Assembly: GCF_000189555.1 (NCBI RefSeq)
Contig: NC_017276.1
Origin: Saccharolobus islandicus REY15A
GTDB taxonomy: Archaea > Thermoproteota > Thermoprotei_A > Sulfolobales > Sulfolobaceae
Length of the DNA: 64,000 bases
Reading direction: 5' to 3' (one strand)
Shown here: positions 22,091 through 33,731 of the stretch, in pieces
How the letters are laid out: the number at the start of each line of letters is the position of its first letter
How positions within the stretch are numbered: position 1 is the stretch's first letter
Notes under the pieces: model-generated
Database searches by the model: none
The model's input: only the letters and a program-made list of their open reading frames with translations
Told to the model about the DNA's origin: nothing
Program-made: the position numbers and the translations under genes

Positions 22091-24439
22091 TCAATTATGA
22101 TGAAATATTTTTAAAGTTATCTTACGAAAATATGTTCGGGCGTATAGTAGAGATATAAATAAAATTACAGTGATTAAGAGAGTAATTAAATTGATCATTA
22201 TTGAAAAAGAGATAACATTATTATCATTATAGGGATACCCAAAAGCCCTACCCAATTGTGGATAAGGATAAGAGGAAATGTTATTGCCATTAAGTTCATT
22301 TTGTATAGAAATGTTATAAGGGATAAACATTACACCTATTAGATATGATAGAGAATTTCCAATAAAGAACAGTTTTACGCTATTAGAGACAGAAATATTA
22401 CCTAAATACGAAAATACAATAGAAATATTTGGAGAGGAAGTTGAAACAGAAAGCGAATAAGAACCATTAGTAACACCGAAAACACCTCCTCCAGGTAAAG
22501 AGACATAAACTAGCACAACCTTGTAAAATCCTGGTTTCACTCCTAAATTAAGAAATGACGTATTACTAACAGAAATAAATGAAATGCTTGGGAATTCTGA
22601 CAAAATTTCCTCATCATATACATTTACGTTTATTGTATCTGTGAAATTATTAGGATATGGTAAGTGCTTAACGTTTAGTTTAACCGGTAAGATACCTTGT
22701 TTATATGCAGACATTGCTAGAAGTTCAGCATATGTCACATTTCCAAAATAACCACCTATATACTTTGGAGGAATATCAAACATGAGATAAGAGGGGACAA
22801 CGTTAAGTGAACTATTAGTATTAGGAATCTTTGGATATTCAAAATTTATGAAAATTGGGGAATTAATATTATACGTAAAGTCGTTGTTTTTGTATACTAA
22901 AAAGTAAGAGTCGTTATAAACTAGAGTGAAGACGTTTTTGTGAGAGTTAATTATGCTCAAGGTGTAATTATCATTAACAGTAGTAACAACGTATTGTATA
23001 CCATACTCGTTTAAAATAGTCCCTACACTAGAGGTATTAACTAAGAAGGCAGAAGTTACATTCGGTAATACTTCAATAAATGTACTCCAATTTGATGGAA
23101 CTATAGCATCAACGAGAACGTTGCCTATGGTGTTATTCTCTAAAAATTTCGCTAAATTTACTAGTAGGGGAGAAGGGTTTACAGGGTTATAATTTCCAAG
23201 GTAATCCCCGCTAATTACCATTGAGGAGGAAAAGGTAAATTGAGATAAAACTATGAGAATAAATAAAGGAATTAAGTAGTGTTTTGAAAGAATCTTAGCC
23301 ATTACCAAGGATACTAAAAGAAATAGTGGTGCTAATATCATTTCAGTTAAATAAGTTGGCAAAAAGAGCCATAGGTAACTATACACGAAAGTTTGGGCTA
23401 AGAAATTTAGTAAGGGATATGTTAAGTTCAACATTATGTTATACCCTAAAACGTTTACATAAGACGAGACTAGAAATACTAAAAATAAGTAAAGCGCTAA
23501 GAAATAGTTAGCTGGTGAGCCCTTTTTCTTTAGAAAGATATAGCCTAAAATTCCAGTTTCGACAAACGCAAAGGACATCACATAAATTAGGAGGGGATTT
23601 CCAAACGACAAGTAAGATACTAATGGCCTAAATAGTGACAATCCCCTCAATGAATCTAATAGGGAAAACGTAAAGTAATTTAACCATAACTGTTGATTAG
23701 ATATTGTGAAACTTATTGAGGAGTAAGAGTGAAAGTTGTAAAATAATACCACAAACAGTCTAGAATTTAATAAGAGATAAAAAGGTATTGAGTACAGGAA
23801 GACCTTTAGATCATTTAATTTATGTCTATAAATAAGAATTGAAAGTATTATAAATAACGTGTAAACGAAACCCCTAGGGTCAGTTGTAGTTAGAGAGGCG
23901 AAAAGTGAGAGAAGTATAGCACCAGAAAGACCTCCTTTCTCTAGCGAGTAAAAAGTACCGGCAATCAACGCCGGTAAAAGCGCATAAAAGGCTGCGTAAT
24001 TGGACCAATGACTGAAATAGTAAGCTGTAGGTGTTATAGCGTAGAGGAAAGCAATAGTAGAAGATACTGAAATTTTAACCCATAATTTAGTTTCTTTTGC
24101 GTATCTATTTAAAAAGTATCTAGAAGAGAAATACATAGATGGGACTGAGATAGCATAGGGAAATAAAAGATACGTTATCCAGTATGCTATCACTGGTGAG
24201 ATGAGATTAAAATATAATATAAACACTAAAGGCATCCAAACATTATCTATAATCATGGGAAAATTAAGATAAGATAGTGCTGCCTGCCTAGAGTCTAAAT
24301 AAAAAGCCGGGTAAGAATCCCTTTGATAAATGTATCCAACATGGAAGAAAACCTTCCATAAGGCTATCATGGGAGCTAGTATGGAAAGGAGTATTACAAC
24401 AATTATCTCAACTACTTGAAGTCTTCTTTCTCGACGCAT
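22091..24439 (-). CDS. Large polytopic membrane protein, GT-C glycosyltransferase-like architecture (YfhO/AftD-like)
   Basis: About 12-13 N-terminal TMs, acidic residues in the first external loop (QRD, IDN), a FLYAITP segment, a large sequon-rich external domain and a C-terminal TM. The CDS is secure; the family is inferred. Confidence 0.55.
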   Translation of the reverse strand: MRRERRLQVVEIIVVILLSILAPMIALWKVFFHVGYIYQRDSYPAFYLDSRQAALSYLNFPMIIDNVWMPLVFILYFNLISPVIAYWITYLLFPYAISVPSMYFSSRYFLNRYAKETKLWVKISVSSTIAFLYAITPTAYYFSHWSNYAAFYALLPALIAGTFYSLEKGGLSGAILLSLFASLTTTDPRGFVYTLFIILSILIYRHKLNDLKVFLYSIPFYLLLNSRLFVVLFYNFHSYSSISFTISNQQLWLNYFTFSLLDSLRGLSLFRPLVSYLSFGNPLLIYVMSFAFVETGILGYIFLKKKGSPANYFLALYLFLVFLVSSYVNVLGYNIMLNLTYPLLNFLAQTFVYSYLWLFLPTYLTEMILAPLFLLVSLVMAKILSKHYLIPLFILIVLSQFTFSSSMVISGDYLGNYNPVNPSPLLVNLAKFLENNTIGNVLVDAIVPSNWSTFIEVLPNVTSAFLVNTSSVGTILNEYGIQYVVTTVNDNYTLSIINSHKNVFTLVYNDSYFLVYKNNDFTYNINSPIFINFEYPKIPNTNSSLNVVPSYLMFDIPPKYIGGYFGNVTYAELLAMSAYKQGILPVKLNVKHLPYPNNFTDTINVNVYDEEILSEFPSISFISVSNTSFLNLGVKPGFYKVVLVYVSLPGGGVFGVTNGSYSLSVSTSSPNISIVFSYLGNISVSNSVKLFFIGNSLSYLIGVMFIPYNISIQNELNGNNISSYPYPQLGRAFGYPYNDNNVISFSIMINLITLLITVILFISLLYARTYFRKITLKIFHHN

Positions 24440-25118
24440 AAATTTTCACCATCACGAGTACAAAAATGAGTAAAAGAGTTACAAAACTTATATATTTACC
24501 AACTACTTGATCTAGAGCAGAGTTTAAATCTAAAGAAATAGGTAAATTAATGATCTTGCTATTATTTGTGAATTTAAAGTCCTCTGGAAGTATTGGTTGT
24601 TCCTTAGGATTTACAAGATTTGAGTTCACTAAAGTATAAGTTGTATTACTGACTATCTGTCCACTCTCCCCTATTTGAAGGATAACGATCTTATATGGGA
24701 CCCCAGTGGAATTAACGTAATAAAAATACTCAAGCTCAATATAACCTATAAAAGTCTTGCCATAATATACATAGTTAGAATCATTTGACGATAGCAAAGA
24801 CAAGATAACACCTCTTTCAATTACTGGTTCTCCAGCGTTAGGAATATAGAAAAAAGTTTCAGGAAGAGAGACATTATCTAGAATTGTGGAAGAAGTTAGA
24901 ATCTGAGAGAAATTGAGAACATAAACAGTCAGATTATAAGCGAAGGTTGCATTATTATAATAAACTCTTGTAACATTTTCAAAAAGAAGCTCTGATAGAT
25001 GGTAAACTTGGTTGTCATAATTTATTTGAATATGAAGCGAGTACTCTACAAAGGCGTTAGGAAATAAGGCTATTATTAGGAGAAATAGAAGAGAAGAAGA
25101 CATGGTTATCTTACCCAT
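24408..25118 (-). CDS. Secreted, C-terminally anchored surface protein (paralog of the upstream frameshifted gene)
   Basis: Signal peptide, many NxS/T sequons and a C-terminal TM. YVYYGK...LQIG...NTT aligns with the neighbouring gene. Confidence 0.8.
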   Translation of the reverse strand: MGKITMSSSLLFLLIIALFPNAFVEYSLHIQINYDNQVYHLSELLFENVTRVYYNNATFAYNLTVYVLNFSQILTSSTILDNVSLPETFFYIPNAGEPVIERGVILSLLSSNDSNYVYYGKTFIGYIELEYFYYVNSTGVPYKIVILQIGESGQIVSNTTYTLVNSNLVNPKEQPILPEDFKFTNNSKIINLPISLDLNSALDQVVGKYISFVTLLLIFVLVMVKIYASRKKTSSS

Positions 25119-25823
25119 TTAGTGCCCCTAAATAGAAGAATTAACATAATGAGAAGTGCTCCAACTATTATAATGTACTCCATAATTTTAGAATATTGCG
25201 GGAATAGACTGACAATTACTTCACTACTTGCAGTCGTAATTCCCTCAAAGTAAGGTATTCCAATATGCGTATTATTGAAGTTCGTCATCCATAAAACTAA
25301 TGTAGTTTCACTAGATATCTTATCATTTGCACCTATCTGTAAGTTAATTATCTTATCGGCCAAACCATCAGACTTAAAATAAAAGTAAGTTTCTATAGCT
25401 ACACCTTCTACATTACTTTTTCCGAGATAAACGTAACAAGAGTTAGTATGATTAACGTAAAAAAGGTTTACTCTACTTACACTTATGTTTTTTTCTCCTA
25501 ATAATAAGGGTGAAACATAATAAAATGGTAATGGAAGAGTAGAGTTAACTAATGAATATGAAAACTTACTTTGCATTGATGTATTCCATGATATTATACT
25601 TATACCAACTAGAACTGTCCCGTTGTTAAAGGTCTTGTTTATCATTTGAATTATAGAAAATTTCTGAAATAACATAGATCCATCTTGGAGATAATAAGTT
25701 GAGGTGCCGTTATAAATTGCGAATGTGCCAGAAACTAGAGAAGATTGAGAGGACGTTATTGTTAAGGAAAGGGCTAATGGAAAAAGAAGAACAAACAGGA
25801 AAAATATAAAAAAATCTTTTCAT
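25106..25823 (-). pseudogene. Surface-protein gene with a +1 frameshift in a T7 run just after its start
   Basis: ATG at 25823 with SD AGGAGGGAG (25840-25832). Removing one T from 25808-25814 gives a continuous 238-aa MKRFFIFFLFVLLFPLALS... protein that joins ORF 25106..25675. Confidence 0.75.
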
Positions 25824-25845
25824 CTTGCTGGCTCCCTCCTCTTTT

Positions 25846-26277
<432 letters not shown>

Positions 26278-26303
26278 GCCTAATATAATCTAACTAATAG
26301 TTC

Positions 26304-26311
26304 TATATAAA
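26304..26311 (-). promoter_or_regulatory. BRE/TATA box of pilin copy 1 (TTTATATA)
   Basis: GAAGAAAC-A-TTTATATA about 30 bp upstream of the ATG; identical in both copies. Confidence 0.7.
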
Positions 26312-26517
26312 TGTTTCTTCCAACTATACATACATCTTGGTAGGGTCTTCTCACGGCGCCCTAATAGGACATTAAATACCATGGAGACTATTTATATTTT
26401 GATTAATATTCTTAAGTGGATTTGTTTTCTGAATTCCCGATAAGTCAGAATATATCTCTAGGATATAATTTGCTAATTTCCTATATAAACAAAAGATATA
26501 GCCTCTTTAATTTATAT

Positions 26518-27357
26518 TCAAGTCGAGATTGCTTCATTACTAACCAATACTAATTTTGCCTTAGACATTTTAAGTAACTCTTTTAGAGTTTCTTTAAACT
26601 CCTCTAGATGAACTTCAGGTTGCTCTATAACTATAATATCATTATTGCTTGAATTTTTAATGAAATAGACTATAGGAAATAAGCTTAACACGGAAGAGTC
26701 CGCATTATATAGTATATTATCATCACAGTAAACTTCATCGTCTTTAATGTAGATTTTATGTCCTAGAACCTCTTCAGAATACCCTTGTGGTAAGACCATT
26801 GAGTTTATGAAATCAGAAATTATGCCGAGCGTCTTTGGAATACCCGGAGCCCCCTCTAACCTAATGGGAAGAAATTTGTAAAATGATGCTACCAATCCAG
26901 CCCTAATTGCTGGTATAATGTATGGTCTCTTCTTATTAATATCTGAAAAGTAAAAGGAGTCTATCTTAACCAAACTCCTAATCTTATCTTCTTGCAGTTC
27001 TAACTCAGGTAAAACTTTCAACTCTACTTTAGCTTCAACCTTACCATTTTGAATAGTCCCTATGATAGACATTTTAGGTGAGGTTATTTTAAAGTGTAAT
27101 TCTAATGTTAATAACTTAGCTAAACTTAACTCATTTGTTAAAATATGCGTGAATTGTCTTTCAAACTCGTTTTTCCAATTTACGAGTGGTTCTTTAGCTG
27201 TTATTCCATAAAGTCTAGGAATTAAGAAAATGGTCTTAGTTAGATAGTAGTAAACTCTACCTATTACAATTCTATCCCTTCCGTTAATTATTTCAGTTTG
27301 CTTATTATCATTATTAATTTTAACAGTAGCAGAAGGAGTTTTTATCTCTATTTCCAT
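26518..27357 (-). CDS. Degenerate ABC/AAA_21-like ATPase-fold protein
   Basis: C-terminal IIVIEQPEVHL resembles the IEEPEAHLHP Walker B/D-loop; no GxxxxGK[ST] present. Confidence 0.6.
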   Translation of the reverse strand: MEIEIKTPSATVKINNDNKQTEIINGRDRIVIGRVYYYLTKTIFLIPRLYGITAKEPLVNWKNEFERQFTHILTNELSLAKLLTLELHFKITSPKMSIIGTIQNGKVEAKVELKVLPELELQEDKIRSLVKIDSFYFSDINKKRPYIIPAIRAGLVASFYKFLPIRLEGAPGIPKTLGIISDFINSMVLPQGYSEEVLGHKIYIKDDEVYCDDNILYNADSSVLSLFPIVYFIKNSSNNDIIVIEQPEVHLEEFKETLKELLKMSKAKLVLVSNEAIST

Positions 27358-27984
27358 AAGCGTTATTTGAATTTTAAAAATAAAAGAGTTTTAGAAACTT
27401 CTTATTTTAAAGACACATTTATACAAGGCGAGATAACTGGTACTACAATTTTTAGTGATAAAAACTATCTCATAAAAAGAGTGAGTGTGGCGTTCAGTAA
27501 TAAACCTATATAGGACATAGTGTCGTCATTAAGCTATTTATATTTATATAACGAGTATTACTTATGGGTAGGAAGGCTGTAGTTAGGCAAGACGTTTCTT
27601 GTCCCTCTTGTGGTAGTCATCATGTTGTTAAGTGTGGTTGGGTAGGCAGAGGTATTTGTGTAGGGATTGCGGTAGATACTTCTTGGGTGATGCTACTTAC
27701 CATCATCATTCCAAGAAGTTGAGGGAGGAGGCTTTGAGGTTGTATGCTAATGGTATGAGTATGAGGGCCATATCCAGGGTGCTTAATGTACCTTTAGGTA
27801 CTGTGCTCACTTGGATTAAGCGTTATAGTGGGCAGAAGTACGAGAAGCTTGTTAAGTTGTGGGGGAAGACTAAAGGCTTAGTTAAGGGTGGTGTTGTGAG
27901 TAAGGTTGTTGATGAGATGTGTACTTACTTGTACAAGAATGCTAGGGCATTCTATAAATGGATTTTTACTTGTTATGTGTACAC

Positions 27985-29023
27985 TAGTATTTCCGAAAAG
28001 TTTATAGCGTAGTATTATCAAATTGAATTATGGAAGATTTGGTTCAAGCTTACGAGGAAGAGAAGGACGCGAGAATTAAGGAGAGGATTCTTGCAGTAAA
28101 GATGCACATAGTTGACGGTATGAAGGAGATAGAAGTTGCAAGAGTCTTGAATAAGGGATACTCAACAGTAAGACTATGGATAAACAAGTACAAGAAAGAA
28201 GGTCTTGATGGACTAAGAGACAAACCTAGATCAGGAAGACCGAGAAAAGCTGAGAAAGAAAAAATAAAACAAATTCTGGAAGACCAGCCTCAAAAATACG
28301 GAATACAAGAAGAGTACTGGACAATGAGAACACTAAAAATAGCACTACTACAACAAGGAATAGAGTACAAGAAATCCAGGCTATACGAGATAGTTCACGA
28401 ACTAGGATACAATCTAGTAAAACCTAGGCCTACTAACGTTCAAGCAAGAAAGGACATGTGGGAAGACTTTAAAAAAAATAAAGAAGTTGGAAGAAGAGGC
28501 TCTCTTCTTTCTAGACGAGAGTAGGGCAGTAATTAGCACGTCGATCCGGAAGGTTTTAAGATTGGTAGTAAGCCCGTAATGCACGTCAATATAGGTTTTT
28601 CTTCGATCTATGTCATTCTTGCTGTAAACGCTTGGACTGGTGAAGTAGTTGTTTCTCTTGTTAGGAGGCCTAATTCTGAGTCTGTTAAGTACTTCTTGAG
28701 GTACTTTAAGAGACGTTTTGGTAGTGGAAGGGTCTAAATGGTTATGGATAATTATTCTCCTCACAAGACTAGGCTTGAGGTTTGTCGTAGGAAGGGCATT
28801 CATCCCATATTTTCTCCTCCTTATTCGCCCGAGCTTAACATGGCCGAGGCAGTCTTCAAGTCCCTCAAGGAATACATGGGCAATAAAATATTTTATACGA
28901 TAGAAGACGTTAAAAACTGTATTAAGCAGTTCTTTGAGGAAAATAAGTATAAGTTTAATCTTAATGTAATAACATACTTAGAATTAGATAAAACTGAACG
29001 CTAAGAACTTCCCGGAAATACTA
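27985..29023 (+). mobile_element. IS630-family element (ISC1048-like), 1039 bp
   Basis: 26-bp IRs with 4 mismatches (TAGTATTTCCG...TAGCGT) flanking an IS630-type transposase. Confidence 0.88.
28030..29004 (+). pseudogene. IS630 transposase, inactivated
   Basis: HTH/RSGRP in ORF A, a slippery TTTAAAAAAAA near 28468, and LDESR/VMDNYSPH/PELNMAE DDE segments. Extra frameshift near 28558 and an in-frame TAA near 28735. Confidence 0.82.
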
Positions 29024-29371
29024 ACGAGATTGGGAGTTTACCTCATTTACTCTGTGGGTGATAGGGATGAGAGTACTTTCCTTGAGGTCAAAAAGTATTT
29101 GCCTAACGAGGGTAGATGGGTGAGCGATGATTATAACTTGTACTTCTGGTTGAAAAACCAGACGGTTATCTCACCGGTTAACCCGAACGAGTCCTTTCAT
29201 TCCTCACTAAGGGATAGCTTGTACGTTTTAAGAGGGCTACTAAGGCAGTAAATAGGAGCATTAGTACCATGATGTACTCCATAGCCCTAGTCTTATTGGA
29301 GAAAAAGCTAATACCAGAATTTGTAGCTTAATGACGACCCTATGTCACACTCAAGCACTTTGGAAGAAACA

Positions 29372-29379
29372 TTTATATA
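29372..29379 (+). promoter_or_regulatory. BRE/TATA box of pilin copy 2
   Basis: TTTATATA, identical to copy 1. Confidence 0.7.
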
Positions 29380-29405
29380 GAACTATTAGTTAGATTATAT
29401 TAGGC

Positions 29406-29837
<432 letters not shown>

Positions 29838-29949
29838 AAAAGAGGATAAAAAAGATAAAAATTTTTATACAATTTTTCTAATTTTGCAAAAATTTTTATC
29901 CTAATTCATATAAACATTATTATTTAAGCCTTTGTGAATACTAGTATTT

Positions 29950-30315
29950 GTGGAATACCCATATTTCGACTTGAAGACTGCTAGAGAATTGTTACCGTGG
30001 CTTAGGGATCGCTTAATACAATTGAGAAAGATAAAGAATGAGATTGAGATCCTTTTAGTTAATGGTGATAAATATGCTTTGCAACAATACGCTAGTGAGA
30101 CTAAGAAAATTATTGACGAAATTATTTCAAAGGGTATTATACTACGAGACATAGATATAGGCTTAGTTGACTTCCCAGCTATTATAAATAATAAGCCTGC
30201 ATTTCTTTGTTGGAAAATAGATGAGGGTGACATAAATTATTGGCACTATACGGACGAGGGATTTAGAGGGAGAAAGAGGTTAACTGGTTATGAGGATATT
30301 CTAAGTTTACGTTAA
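29950..30315 (+). CDS. DUF2203-family protein
   Basis: YFDL..ARELLP..., GLVDFP...LCWK..E..I.YWH...EGFRGRK. Confidence 0.8.
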   Translation: MEYPYFDLKTARELLPWLRDRLIQLRKIKNEIEILLVNGDKYALQQYASETKKIIDEIISKGIILRDIDIGLVDFPAIINNKPAFLCWKIDEGDINYWHYTDEGFRGRKRLTGYEDILSLR

Positions 30316-30347
30316 ATTTATTTATTTAATTCTCTTAATAATTGCCT

Positions 30348-32537
30348 ATGTACGTTGGTGAAAGAGTAAAAAGGAAAGAGGATTTAAAGTTCATTACTGG
30401 TTCTGGACGATACGTTGACGACATTGAGTACCCGGGGACATTATACCTTTATATTGTTAGGAGTAACATTGCGCACGCTAAAATTAAGAAGATTGACGTT
30501 AGTGACGCTTTGAAAGTAAACGGTGTTATTGGTGTTATCACTGGTTTGACAATCCCTTTTGAGAATAGACCTAGGAATTGGCCAATGGCCAAGGATGAGA
30601 TATTATACGTTGGCCATCCTATTGCAGCAATTTTGGCTACTGATAAATATACAGCAGCTGATGCTGCAGATTCGGTTCAAATAGACTACGAGGAGTTACC
30701 TGCAGTTATCGATGCAGAAAAGGCTTTGAAAGACGATGTAAAAGCAGTTGAGGGTAAAAGTAATATTGCTTATAAGAAGGTTTATAACGCGGGTGATCCA
30801 GATAAAGCCCTTTCAAACTCAGACATTGTATTAGAAGAGAAACTCGAAATTTCAAGGGTTTATCCCTCGCCGATGGAAACTAGGGGATTGCTTTCAATAT
30901 ATCAAGAGGGTAGTTTGTTAGTTTACGCATCTACACAATCGGCCCATTACATGAGAAGGTATTTATTGTCAGCCTTTGGTAGCATGGTTAGGGATATAAG
31001 AGTTATTCAAGCTGATGTTGGAGGTGCTTTTGGGGCTAAGTTATTCCCATATGCTGAGGATTTCATAACTGTTTACGCTAGTTTGCAATACAAGAGGCCC
31101 GTAAAGTGGGTTGCTTTAAGGAGTGAGGATATAAGGGGTATGTACCATGGTAGGGGACAGATACACAAGGTTAAGTTTGGAGCTAAAAAGGATGGTACTT
31201 TGACTGCAATGATAGACGATGCGGTTATTGACTTAGGTGCTGCTTCTCATGGAACTTACTTGGTGGATATAGCAGCTACAATGTTGACTGGACCGTATAA
31301 GGTTAGGGATCTAAGGGTTAATGCTTATGGCGTTTACACGAATAAGACTCCGTTGGATCAATATAGAGGTGCCGGTAGGCCAGAGGCTGCTTTCGTATAC
31401 GAAAGGATCATGGATATTATTTCTGATGAGCTGAAATTGGATCCAATTTACGTTAGAAAAAGGAACTTAATTACTGAATTACCTTATGTTAATCCTCTTG
31501 GTCTAAAGTATGATTCTGGTAATTACTTAAAGTTACTGGAAAAAGCCGAGAAAGTCTATAGGGAGTTTGAGGAGAGAGCTAATGAGTTGAGAAAACAAGG
31601 TAGAAGAATTGGTGCTGGTTTATCATTTTATCTAGAGCAGAATAACTTTGGTCCTTGGGAGAGCGCTTCAGTTAGGATTAAGGCGGATGGTAAGGTTCAA
31701 GTTATAATTGGTGCAAGTCCACATGGCCAAGGTACTGAAACTGGTATTGCTCAAATCGTTGCCGATGAATTAGGAGTAAGTGTTGATGATGTTGAAGTGA
31801 TCTGGGGCGATACCGCTATTATAGGTGAGGGTTTTGGTACTTACGGTAGTAGGAGTTTAACCTTAGCTGGTAATGCAGCATTATTAGCTGCTAGGAGGGT
31901 AAAGGAGAAGGCTTTGAGGTTAGCTGCACAATTTATGAAGTCAGATGTTCAAGAGCTTGAATATAAGAACGGTGAGGTTATTAATCCTAAGGATGGTAGA
32001 ACAATGAGTCTGAAGGAAATTGCTACTCGTAATATGGCTAGCTTAGGTGGTATTTGGGAGTACAAGGAAGAACCTGGACTGGAAGCTAGTGGATATTTTG
32101 GATTTGATAATCTAACTTATCCCTACGGTTCACATGTGGTTTTAACAGAGGTTGATGATTCTGGAAAGGTTAAGATACTAGATTATTATGCTATTGACGA
32201 TATAGGTATTGTTGTAAATCCAATGTTAGCTGAAGCTCAAGTTATAGGAGGAGTGATTCAAGGCTTTGGTGAAAGTGTTTTTGAGGAAATTGTTTACGAC
32301 GAGAATGGTAATTTGCTAACTGGTAATTTGTTTGATTACGCTATTCCAACAGCTGTTGAGGCATTCAATATTAAATGGGAGTACATGGAAGAGGGAAAGT
32401 CTAATGCTCCTTTGCCAGCAAAGGGAATTGGTGAGGGAGCGACAATAGGTACTCCACCGGCTCTTATAAGGGCAATAGAGAAGGCTATTGGTAAGAGGTT
32501 AACTAGATTGCCAAGCAAATTAGAGAATTTAATATAA
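30348..32537 (+). CDS. Xanthine/aldehyde oxidoreductase-family molybdopterin-binding large subunit (CutA/CoxL form II-like)
   Basis: GGAFGAK, YRGAGRPE, HGQG, GTYGSRS and KGIGE motifs. It lacks the form I CODH AYxCSFR loop. Confidence 0.92.
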   Translation: MYVGERVKRKEDLKFITGSGRYVDDIEYPGTLYLYIVRSNIAHAKIKKIDVSDALKVNGVIGVITGLTIPFENRPRNWPMAKDEILYVGHPIAAILATDKYTAADAADSVQIDYEELPAVIDAEKALKDDVKAVEGKSNIAYKKVYNAGDPDKALSNSDIVLEEKLEISRVYPSPMETRGLLSIYQEGSLLVYASTQSAHYMRRYLLSAFGSMVRDIRVIQADVGGAFGAKLFPYAEDFITVYASLQYKRPVKWVALRSEDIRGMYHGRGQIHKVKFGAKKDGTLTAMIDDAVIDLGAASHGTYLVDIAATMLTGPYKVRDLRVNAYGVYTNKTPLDQYRGAGRPEAAFVYERIMDIISDELKLDPIYVRKRNLITELPYVNPLGLKYDSGNYLKLLEKAEKVYREFEERANELRKQGRRIGAGLSFYLEQNNFGPWESASVRIKADGKVQVIIGASPHGQGTETGIAQIVADELGVSVDDVEVIWGDTAIIGEGFGTYGSRSLTLAGNAALLAARRVKEKALRLAAQFMKSDVQELEYKNGEVINPKDGRTMSLKEIATRNMASLGGIWEYKEEPGLEASGYFGFDNLTYPYGSHVVLTEVDDSGKVKILDYYAIDDIGIVVNPMLAEAQVIGGVIQGFGESVFEEIVYDENGNLLTGNLFDYAIPTAVEAFNIKWEYMEEGKSNAPLPAKGIGEGATIGTPPALIRAIEKAIGKRLTRLPSKLENLI

Positions 32538-32630
32538 AATTTCCCCTTTTTTATAAAGTAATTTAAAATTCTTTTGACAGTAATATAGATAGAAAGCTAT
32601 TTAAGTAAAAATAAACACTGTTAAAGCAGT

Positions 32631-33038
32631 ATGACTCAAGTAATAGAATCCTATTCCTCACCATTTTATAAGAACATAATCGATTTACCACCATCAATGG
32701 TTAGGAAGTTATGGAAAAGTGGAAAGATAATAATACTCGATATTAGAACACCACAGGAATATGAGGACCATCACATACCGGGGGCGATCTTAGCACCCCT
32801 AGACTATCTAGAACATTTAACTGAACTTTTCGAAGATAGGGAAGTTGCAGTAGTTTGTGAACACGGAAATAGGGCTAGTTATGCCACATACGGTATGCCT
32901 CATCTTTACAAGAAAAAGGCTTACTATATGATTGGTGGAATGGCATTATGGATGGCAATGGGTTACGAAGTGGAAAGTGGAATGGACGAAAATGGAGTGT
33001 TATGGCAAAAGATTCTAGAAAAGAAATTCAACTATTAA
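32631..33038 (+). CDS. Rhodanese-domain protein
   Basis: LDIRTPQEYEDHHIPGA, VVCEHGNRAS active loop and GGMALW. Confidence 0.88.
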   Translation: MTQVIESYSSPFYKNIIDLPPSMVRKLWKSGKIIILDIRTPQEYEDHHIPGAILAPLDYLEHLTELFEDREVAVVCEHGNRASYATYGMPHLYKKKAYYMIGGMALWMAMGYEVESGMDENGVLWQKILEKKFNY

Positions 33039-33426
33039 CAAGCTGAGCCTCCACTGGAACGTAAATAGTATTTTGGTTAGTTACTATTACTAGAGTCAAA
33101 GTTACTGTTTGTAACCCATTAGGAAAGGTAAATCCAGTGTTAATAGTATATTTATGTTGGCCTATCGATAGCGTATAGTCAATGTTATGCAAAGTTGTGC
33201 TGTAGATTATCCCTACTATCTTAGCATTGCTAAAGGAATTTTCCAAGGTGATGTTGAGTTTACCATCTTGTGTTATGAGAGCTGTACCTATTTGTCTTAC
33301 TTCTCCATAGCTGCTTCCAAAATACCCTAGATATCCGAACAATATAGAAATTACTGTTATAGCTAAGATTACTGAGGCTAGTATCACTATCATCATTGTC
33401 AAGGAATCACTTAAACCTTTTCTCAT
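33028..33426 (-). CDS. Type IV pilin-like protein (probable minor pilin)
   Basis: Class III signal MRKG/LSDSLTMMIVIL; GEVRQIGTAL parallels [10 protein letters not shown] of the major pilin. Confidence 0.8.
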   Translation of the reverse strand: MRKGLSDSLTMMIVILASVILAITVISILFGYLGYFGSSYGEVRQIGTALITQDGKLNITLENSFSNAKIVGIIYSTTLHNIDYTLSIGQHKYTINTGFTFPNGLQTVTLTLVIVTNQNTIYVPVEAQLVNS

Positions 33427-33731
33427 ATGTGTTATTTAGTTTTCGATGAATATAAATTAGACCGTTTTATATAGATTTTTTGTACTGATTTTTATATATA
33501 GTTATACGAGTCTAGTGAAAAAGGTTTATATAGAATAGATATTGTTGATATTCTGCTACAATGAAGAATACGAAACAACAGGTCCTTTAGGGTATAGCAA
33601 ATACCGAACTTTAATCAAAACTAAGAGGTTCATATATGTGAAGAGTCCTCTGATCCTCCTAAAAATACCCTTGATAACGAGTTTTCAAGTTAATAGAAAA
33701 CACTTTAAACCTTATTATATCATAAAAACAC

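Larger units (their letters stand above)
27564..29331 (+). pseudogene. IS1 transposase pseudogene
   Basis: CPSCGS..KCG..RQRYLCRDC zinc ribbon, HTH, and VVDEM/WVSDDY/NPNE catalytic segments. Frameshifts near 27638 and 29217, plus the IS630 insertion. Confidence 0.85.
27514..29346 (+). mobile_element. IS1-family element (ISC796-like), interrupted by an IS630 element
   Basis: 23-bp terminal IRs with 1 mismatch (GACATAG[T/G]GTCGTCATTAAGCTA). About 790 bp remain after removing the insert. No TSD seen; exact ends are uncertain by a few bp. Confidence 0.85.

Noticed and set aside
28414-28903. ORFs 28414..28803 (-) and 28718..28903 (+)
   Set aside because: Antisense or alternative frames of the broken IS630 transposase.
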